From the IMG/VR virus record IMGVR_UViG_3300023199_000094, positions 1 through 52,173 of that record: a stretch of DNA of 52,173 bases. One strand, given 5' to 3'. Source of the stretch: a virus. Its lineage: Duplodnaviria > Caudoviricetes. The notes beneath the pieces are model-generated. The model had not been told where the DNA came from. It did no database searches and was given only the letters and a program-made list of their open reading frames with translations. The translations under genes and the position numbers were made by a program. Below, piece after piece: positions 46,120 to 52,173 of the stretch (its first letter is position 1; each line of letters opens with the position of its first letter).

Positions 46120-47612
46120 TGGAGCTCCTCTTGATCGAAAATGGTCACTGGTTCGTTCGGGTCTAAGTGGTGGATATCAAACCCATGCTCTCTAGCATCG
46201 GATTCTCTAATACTACCATGACGCCGTAACTTTAGCAACCCATAGTCCATAAAATCTAAATACCAACACACACCTAACTTAGACTTACGAAGCACTCTTC
46301 CAAACTCTTGATCGCGAAGGTGCTTCGACTTCTTTCCACAAGCTTGAATCAGCACATCCACTCCCGGCACACTGACACCAAGGCGCCACGCGCTGGTGCA
46401 GATCACACAGACCGCCTCTCCGCTTTCTAGCGCTTTACGTACGCGGCGATTCTCGTCTCTCTGGCCCCCTAGTACCAGCGAGGACTCAGGCAGCCTCTGG
46501 TGGAGTCTCCGGGCGTGATCTTTGTGCTCAACGAAGATCATAACCGTTAAACCACGAGACATCGCTTCTTCCGCATACGTTTGAATAAGACCGTTACGCT
46601 GTGGACACAGTTTTAAGCATTTATATTGCTCGTGAAAATCATCACTATTAGTCACGCCGTTTGGTGTAATGCGATTTTTAATAAATGCTATGACAGGGCG
46701 GCTCGAATACCCCGCTTCGACCATTTGGCGGTTACTAACGCGAGCAATAAGCGGACCCGCTAAAGCAGTCAAAGAAAACTCATGAAAATTATCGTCTTTT
46801 TTATATGCGGTACCGCTCATCCAAAATCTATAATAAGCGTCACAAACCTGTGCGATTTCTTGGTATCTTAAACTAGTCCCAATATGACCTTCGTCAATAA
46901 TCAAAGCGGAAAAACTATAAGGTAAAGATCGGTGAGTTTTTACACAATCAGCGACGCTATTTACGACGCCCACAGTACACGACTTCCATGACTCGTAAGA
47001 TGCTCCCACCCGACCGATTTCATCTTCTTTAAGTCCGAAAAGATTAGCTATATCTCGACTAGTTTGATCGAGCAAAGCTTGAGTAGGGACAAGCACTAAC
47101 ATACTTAAGTAATTTACTCTATGCCAAAAACGAGCAATAAGATATGTTTTTCCATAATTTGTTGCTAAATCACAAACACCCCGCGTCGATTTTAACATAC
47201 GGTCGCAAATGATTTCTTGGTCAGGGCGCGGAATAAATTGTGGTTTGGCATGAGGGTAATGATTAGTGGCGTCGGGCTTGCGTCTGTCACATTCATACTG
47301 AAAAGACACTCCCTGAGCCGACAAAGACGAAAAAAGATAAGGCAACAAACCCGACGGTACATAAAACCACTTTTCATCTGCGGGTGAACAATACTGCCGT
47401 ACTTCAAACTCACCTGTGAGATAATTTATTTGGTTGCTTTTTATGCGAGTTGCCCAAATTAACAACTCTGTTTCTTTAAAATTATCGCAACCAACTAACG
47501 AAAGAGCGTTTCGTTCGATAACACGCATAGGTTTGTATGCCGTAACAAAATACTTCACTAAATTCTTCTTTTTAGCTACTGCGATCCTACGTCGCAGGGA
47601 GAGCCTCGTCAA
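46116..47612 (-). CDS. SF2 DExH helicase (UvsW-like)
   Basis: ATNYGKT, IIDEGH, MSGT, GVSVP and QEFGRVLR motifs. Confidence 0.9.
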   Translation of the reverse strand: MTRLSLRRRIAVAKKKNLVKYFVTAYKPMRVIERNALSLVGCDNFKETELLIWATRIKSNQINYLTGEFEVRQYCSPADEKWFYVPSGLLPYLFSSLSAQGVSFQYECDRRKPDATNHYPHAKPQFIPRPDQEIICDRMLKSTRGVCDLATNYGKTYLIARFWHRVNYLSMLVLVPTQALLDQTSRDIANLFGLKEDEIGRVGASYESWKSCTVGVVNSVADCVKTHRSLPYSFSALIIDEGHIGTSLRYQEIAQVCDAYYRFWMSGTAYKKDDNFHEFSLTALAGPLIARVSNRQMVEAGYSSRPVIAFIKNRITPNGVTNSDDFHEQYKCLKLCPQRNGLIQTYAEEAMSRGLTVMIFVEHKDHARRLHQRLPESSLVLGGQRDENRRVRKALESGEAVCVICTSAWRLGVSVPGVDVLIQACGKKSKHLRDQEFGRVLRKSKLGVCWYLDFMDYGLLKLRRHGSIRESDAREHGFDIHHLDPNEPVTIFDQEELQ

Positions 47613-47640
47613 GTCTTGGGTCTCGAATCAATTTATAAAT

Positions 47641-47960
47641 AACTAGATAACGACGCGGCCGTCAGGCCGCGTCTAGCTTTCATAAACTAGCTCTTTCTCT
47701 CCATTTCCCGAAACACCCCCGAAGGGGGTGAGGGGAATAGAGAAAATGTTAATTTATGTAAACTAGTAAATAAATAAACTTTCTCCCAGACAATATATCG
47801 CCTGTCTATATTAGTTTTCCACAAGTTTTCCACATCTCCACAAGTTTTCCACAAGTTTTCCACAAGTTTTCCACAGAGTAAAATAAATAAATAGCATCTC
47901 GGAACCTCCCGACTCTCTATCTCCCCCCTATTAGGGGGGGAGAGAGAGGCGGGGCTCCAG
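47641..47960. promoter_or_regulatory. Candidate replication origin
   Basis: Non-coding divergence point with an 11-bp repeat array, TAAATAAATA tracts on both sides and three hairpins, upstream of helicase and primase. Confidence 0.65.
47813..47875 (+). repeat. Five copies of AGTTTTCCACA (DnaA-box-like iterons)
   Basis: Perfect copies start at 47813, 47824, 47843, 47854, 47865; partial TCTCCACA at 47835; core TTTTCCACA fits TTWTNCACA. Confidence 0.9.
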
Positions 47961-48032
47961 CTAGCTATTATTCATTCTGTAATTAGAGAGGGTTATCGGA
48001 CTGACCAAACACCCCAAATCCGCTCGGATAAT

Positions 48033-48062
48033 TTGACGTAGAGGCTGAAATCGGCGTATGGT
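48033..48062 (+). promoter_or_regulatory. Candidate sigma70-type promoter
   Basis: TTGACG-N18-TATGGT. Confidence 0.45.
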
Positions 48063-48121
48063 GGAAAACCGTCGCAGTCGATATACCCCTGACACGAACG
48101 AGATTTATTCTCGTATCAACC

Positions 48122-48162
48122 AAGCCTGCGGGACGCACAGCCTCGTAGGCTTTTTTGTTTTA
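48122..48162 (+). terminator. Intrinsic terminator upstream of the replication operon
   Basis: AAGCCTGCGGG/CTCGTAGGCTT stem with two G-U pairs, then TTTTGTTTTT. Confidence 0.7.
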
Positions 48163-48213
48163 TTATAACTCTCAACTCAACCCCGCCAGTACTCAACTTA
48201 ATCCCGCCAATAA

Positions 48214-49116
48214 ATGAATGGTATAAACCAGCCTTTGACTCTACGGGATTTTGAAAAACGACACATAGGTAAGCCTTTGCTCGTGATTGGAACAGGTCCG
48301 AGCGTTTGGTCTGCACCGCCCCACCTAAAACAACTTATCGAAAAATACAAACCTCCGACTATAGCAATCAACAGAGCTTTTGACATATGGTCTGACTTAC
48401 CGCCTACCTATCAAATCAGCACGGATAAAATCTGGAAAGCTCTAATAGGCCCAACGAGTTATAAGGGACAGGCAAAACAGGTATACACGCTCCTGCAAGG
48501 TTATTTCAAAAACTGGAAACGTAATAATCCTCATGAAGCGGAGAATTGGAGTTTTGAAGACTTTGTAGGTGCTTATAGAGACGTGTTGCTGCCTAAAAGA
48601 CATGACCATTTATTCGCACAGCAGGAAGTGTGGCGGTACTTTCGGTTATGTTCTCCCCATGCGCCTTTTATTCGTTTTTCGTGGGATGGAAACTCCCAGT
48701 CGTGCCCTTACCAGTCAATACGGTTCCGCCAACAGAAAAACCAAAAAGATATTCAATATGGCCAATCCAAAGACGGCGCTCTCATGGTCAAAGGAAATAC
48801 TGCGCAATCGGCTATACACCTTGCAGCAGTAATGATGGCTCAGCCTATTTTTATGATAGGTGTTGACCTTACAAAAAGAGACGATAAAAACAGACCTTGG
48901 GAAAACCGAGCACATTATTTATCTGATAAACGTACTTGCTCTATTAGCCAAGGTTTTAGAAGACTCTCGTCTTGTCTCAGACAAAAAGTACATATTGTAA
49001 ATCTTAACCCCAATACGCGTTGTAATTTCTTTGAAGTTGTACCTACACAGGAGGCGGGTCTTGAATACTTTGAAAGAGAACTTAAACGAGCATCCCACAT
49101 CATTGACCGAGTCTGA
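48214..49116 (+). CDS. Second Maf/DUF115/GT42-fold protein
   Basis: LLVIGTGPSV, TIAIN, PTYQISTD, GNTAQSAIHLA..M.AQPIFMIGVDL, IVNLN. Confidence 0.75.
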   Translation: MNGINQPLTLRDFEKRHIGKPLLVIGTGPSVWSAPPHLKQLIEKYKPPTIAINRAFDIWSDLPPTYQISTDKIWKALIGPTSYKGQAKQVYTLLQGYFKNWKRNNPHEAENWSFEDFVGAYRDVLLPKRHDHLFAQQEVWRYFRLCSPHAPFIRFSWDGNSQSCPYQSIRFRQQKNQKDIQYGQSKDGALMVKGNTAQSAIHLAAVMMAQPIFMIGVDLTKRDDKNRPWENRAHYLSDKRTCSISQGFRRLSSCLRQKVHIVNLNPNTRCNFFEVVPTQEAGLEYFERELKRASHIIDRV

Positions 49117-49714
49117 GCTTAATCAGATTGTGTCAGATTTTGAACAGTTGCATTTACAAGAGTTAAAATATCGCCCTAAAGTTAGAAACGCCCAAGGTCG
49201 AGTTAGCCATATCGCTACGTGGAATAAGATATCTGATTTCTGTAAAGAACAAGGCATTTCTTATAACACTTATTTCTCGTTTATTTTGGATTGGCGGAAC
49301 CGTCAGGGCGTGAAACGTATAGGCGCTAATTGGTACGGTACTGCCCGAGCGTTTGACATTTATAAAATGCATTCTTCTCGGCATCAAAGAAAGTATAAAT
49401 TTCACGTCGGATTGGCAAGCGAAATTGATATAATGAAAGAGAAGGTGCGCGTCGGTATAAGACTCATAGCCGAGCATTTTCCAAAGTACCAAGACGGTAT
49501 TCTGACACGTAAAGCTCTGTCTGGGTCTATCCCTGCCGTGTTCTTTGCTATAGATTCGTACTGGCCCCAAGTGTGTGATTCTGTGTCGGCGAGCGTTCGC
49601 AAAGCGGTGGACACTGAACGTTTAAAGATCATTAAAAAACCTACATACTATCTGCAGCTTATGGAGGTTTATAGTGACTGGAAGCGCGTCGCCTTCTCCA
49701 GAAATAACGTTTGA
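49031..49714 (+). CDS. Hypothetical basic protein (replication module)
   Basis: 227 aa directly upstream of the helicase; start uncertain. Confidence 0.6.
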   Translation: MKLYLHRRRVLNTLKENLNEHPTSLTESELNQIVSDFEQLHLQELKYRPKVRNAQGRVSHIATWNKISDFCKEQGISYNTYFSFILDWRNRQGVKRIGANWYGTARAFDIYKMHSSRHQRKYKFHVGLASEIDIMKEKVRVGIRLIAEHFPKYQDGILTRKALSGSIPAVFFAIDSYWPQVCDSVSASVRKAVDTERLKIIKKPTYYLQLMEVYSDWKRVAFSRNNV

Positions 49715-49937
49715 GTTTGATAAAGACTTCCAGTGGGCTATATTATCTTTATTTCTTAAACACCCTAATGCTCTTACTAAATATCGCCATCTTATAAAAT
49801 CGAATTATTTTACCGACACAGTTACTCGAAATCTTTGCGAATGGTGTTTAAACTATTACGATCACTATAATCTCTTATCGCATTGCTTATCAAAACCATT
49901 TACAAGGTCAAGAAACTTATTACAGCAGTTGTGCTGA
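49674..49937 (+). CDS. N-terminal fragment of DnaB-family helicase
   Basis: GGAGG RBS; F...FQ..IL..........Y...IK..YF........ resembles phage helicase N-domains; continues in the +1 frame. Confidence 0.6.
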   Translation: MTGSASPSPEITFEFDKDFQWAILSLFLKHPNALTKYRHLIKSNYFTDTVTRNLCEWCLNYYDHYNLLSHCLSKPFTRSRNLLQQLC

Positions 49938-49941
49938 CTTC

Positions 49942-51072
49942 TTGTATCAGTGTGACTTAAGCGGTAGTGCCGATTATATTGAAGACAGGATCAAAAGCTT
50001 CGTTGAAGAAAAAGAATATGCGTTAGCTTATAAGCGTACTCTTCCTTGGTTAAACGATCCTGAAAAGCGGCATTTAATTGCGGCTGAAATGCAAAAAGTG
50101 CGTCTAAGTTTAGCTCGCACGTCAGGAAGTCTCGGTCTCTTTGGTTTGGGTCTTGATCCAAAATCAATGGCCGATCAGTTTAAAGAGGAGGTACGGATTT
50201 GCGTGCCTAGTCTTTGGCCCGGCATGAATGCTTGTTCTGGCGGTTTTGCCAAACGTGAGTTAACTGTTTTTGCTGGCGTAGCTAACGTGGGTAAATCATG
50301 GATGCTTGCCCACGCTGCCGCATCAGGTGTTGCGGCTGGAGACAAAGTGATTGTTTACACCTGTGAAATGGAAGAGTCTTTAGTACTACTTCGTATACTT
50401 TCTATACTAACTGGCAGAAGTACTGAAGACGTGAGACATGCTTTAGAATTTCAAGACCCGGCTATTTATGCCCAGCTAAACAGTTACTATCAAGCAGGGG
50501 CCCAGATTGTCGTTAAAGAGTTGATCAGCGAAGGGGTCGATGCGATACGAAATAACCTCATGTCCATCAAAGCTACCACTGAGTGGTCCCCTGATCTTGT
50601 GGTGATTGACTACGCAGACCTTTTACTTAAAGATAGTAATAACGACAGTAAAGAAACACGTCACCAACTAGCAGCGATTTATCGAGATTTAAGATCACTT
50701 GGCCCCGAGTATGAAACGGCAGTGGTGACCGCCAGCCAGCTGAATAGACAGGCCGCGAATAAAGAAAGACCTACGATGTACGAGTTGGCGGAGTGTTGGG
50801 AAAAAGCCGCTATCTCAGATGTCATTTGGGTTATAGGTCAAACAGACGATGAAGAGAAAGCAGGCCGACTACGTCTTTTCAATGCTAAAAACCGAAACAA
50901 AAAACGAGGCAGTATTATATCGCTTCAAGTGAATTATAGCATTGGGCAGATGGAACAAATAAGCTTAGACCAAGATCAATTTGCTAACACAGGATTTTTA
51001 CAGTCGCAAAATCTTATCAACAATCACCTACCTACTGACGTGCCCTTTAATCCTTATGGACAGTCGCTATGA
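49942..51072 (+). CDS. dnaB: Replicative helicase, DnaB/gp41 family (C-terminal part)
   Basis: GVANVGKS, YTCEM, VVIDYADLL, TASQLNR and KNR motifs; frame open from 49852. Confidence 0.9.
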   Translation: MYQCDLSGSADYIEDRIKSFVEEKEYALAYKRTLPWLNDPEKRHLIAAEMQKVRLSLARTSGSLGLFGLGLDPKSMADQFKEEVRICVPSLWPGMNACSGGFAKRELTVFAGVANVGKSWMLAHAAASGVAAGDKVIVYTCEMEESLVLLRILSILTGRSTEDVRHALEFQDPAIYAQLNSYYQAGAQIVVKELISEGVDAIRNNLMSIKATTEWSPDLVVIDYADLLLKDSNNDSKETRHQLAAIYRDLRSLGPEYETAVVTASQLNRQAANKERPTMYELAECWEKAAISDVIWVIGQTDDEEKAGRLRLFNAKNRNKKRGSIISLQVNYSIGQMEQISLDQDQFANTGFLQSQNLINNHLPTDVPFNPYGQSL

Positions 51073-52100
51073 CCGACAACGTAGTGTTTGATGATTTTAT
51101 TTACTCTCGTTATTCAAACGTACGGCAAGTGCACCAAGATGAACTTTTGATGGATTGTCCAAAATGTCAGGCGGTGCAACGCTTCTGTATGAACCCTGTC
51201 AAAAAGAAATACAACTGCTATCGCTGTGGAGGCGGACAGTTAGTAACATTTTTGCAGGAGGAGTGTGGTCTGTCGCGAGTAGAAGCGTTTAAATTGCTGA
51301 AGGGTTATGAAGTTGAGACGTTAGACGATTTTGCAACTCAAATCAATAAGCACCTTTATAATCCGCAACGTGTGGATTTACACACGGTGACGGTGCGAGA
51401 CGGAACCACGATCCAAGCCTACCTGAGAGCGTTTCTACCCCTCGACACGAGTGATAGTGCGCGTTTGCTGACTTCGCCGTTCCTAGAAAGACGTGGGTTT
51501 ACTGCTGAGTACGCCAGTAGGTGGGGGTTGCTCTACGCCGGGCAGGGGAAGTTTGCGGGCCGTATCATCATACCCGTCTGGTATGGCGGTAGGATTGTGT
51601 ATTTTCAGGGACGGTCTATAGTCGGAAATGAGCCAAAATATTATAATCCGTCTCTCAAGGATTCGGTGACTAAAGATGATTTCTTGTTTAACATTGAAAA
51701 CGCCGCGAAAGCTTCACTACAAACTGGAGTTGTTTACATATGTGAAGGCGCTTTTAATGCTATGTCTATCGGTGCTCATGCTGTCTGTATTTTTGGTAAA
51801 CACCTTTCTCACCAACAAGAACATTTAATTCGTAAACACATTCCAACATCTGTTCGTCTTGTATTCGCTCTAGACTACGGAGCGGAAGACAAGGCGTATG
51901 AAGGCGCCTCTCGGCTTTCAGGGACGTACTCGGGCCGGTCTTGTTTGTGGATGGATATTAAGGACGACATCAATGATGTTTTTGTAAAAGGTGGTTATAC
52001 TTCTGTACAGCGTTTATTACGTGAGAATGAAAGACACCCGATTTGGGTGTATCAACAAGCCTTGCAAGAGGGTCGCGTTAAGATCCGCCACCGTCGTTAA
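51069..52100 (+). CDS. DNA primase (zinc finger + TOPRIM)
   Basis: CPKC...YNCYRC, GRIIIP, FQGR, PKYYN, YICEGAFNA, ALD and KDDIND motifs. Confidence 0.9.
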   Translation: MTDNVVFDDFIYSRYSNVRQVHQDELLMDCPKCQAVQRFCMNPVKKKYNCYRCGGGQLVTFLQEECGLSRVEAFKLLKGYEVETLDDFATQINKHLYNPQRVDLHTVTVRDGTTIQAYLRAFLPLDTSDSARLLTSPFLERRGFTAEYASRWGLLYAGQGKFAGRIIIPVWYGGRIVYFQGRSIVGNEPKYYNPSLKDSVTKDDFLFNIENAAKASLQTGVVYICEGAFNAMSIGAHAVCIFGKHLSHQQEHLIRKHIPTSVRLVFALDYGAEDKAYEGASRLSGTYSGRSCLWMDIKDDINDVFVKGGYTSVQRLLRENERHPIWVYQQALQEGRVKIRHRR

Positions 52101-52173
52101 AATCCCCAATTTGCGGATTTTGTAAAAATGAGTACGTGAACCTTTTACCCTGTGACCGGCGCGGCGACGTCCG

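Noticed and set aside
47813-47875. Possible CRISPR array
   Set aside because: 11-bp units are contiguous with no unique spacers; no cas genes
52152-52173. GC-rich last ~20 bases, possibly another foreign junction
   Set aside because: Too short to evaluate at the window edge
1-52173. tRNA, rRNA, integrase, endolysin
   Set aside because: None recognised by eye; intergenic gaps are short and show no cloverleaf-like sequence, but a tRNAscan/HMM run is needed to exclude them

Overview
The window is a 52-kb segment of a tailed dsDNA phage, probably a siphovirus. Positions 1-47612 code almost entirely on the minus strand. In transcription order they carry an SF2 helicase, a ParB-like protein, two large virion/fibre proteins, and a sugar/nucleotide-metabolism cluster (NeuD-like acetyltransferase, NeuC-like epimerase, Maf/GT42-fold transferase, metallophosphoesterase, HAD-dCMP deaminase fusion). 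These are followed by a duplicated fibre cassette, large terminase, portal, minor head protein, scaffold, major capsid protein, neck/connector genes, major tail protein, frameshifted tail chaperones and a tape measure protein of more than 2649 aa that runs off the window edge. After a structured non-coding gap (47613-48213), a plus-strand operon encodes a second Maf/GT42-fold protein, a split DnaB-family helicase and a primase. Three observations stand out. (1) A D-P-S tripeptide recurs, often in tandem, in several unrelated putative virion proteins of a genome that also encodes nonulosonic-acid-type sugar enzymes and two transferases; this is a candidate phage virion O-glycosylation system with its own sequon (inference). 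(2) A 1929-bp very GC-rich foreign cassette (CsaA plus an adenine DNA methyltransferase) sits in the neck module between perfect 107-bp direct repeats, with CsaA fused in frame to a phage start codon; it is either real gene capture or an assembly chimera. (3) A candidate origin has five 11-bp repeats matching the DnaA-box consensus, flanked symmetrically by AT tracts and hairpins. All product calls come from motif recognition and gene order, not database searches.
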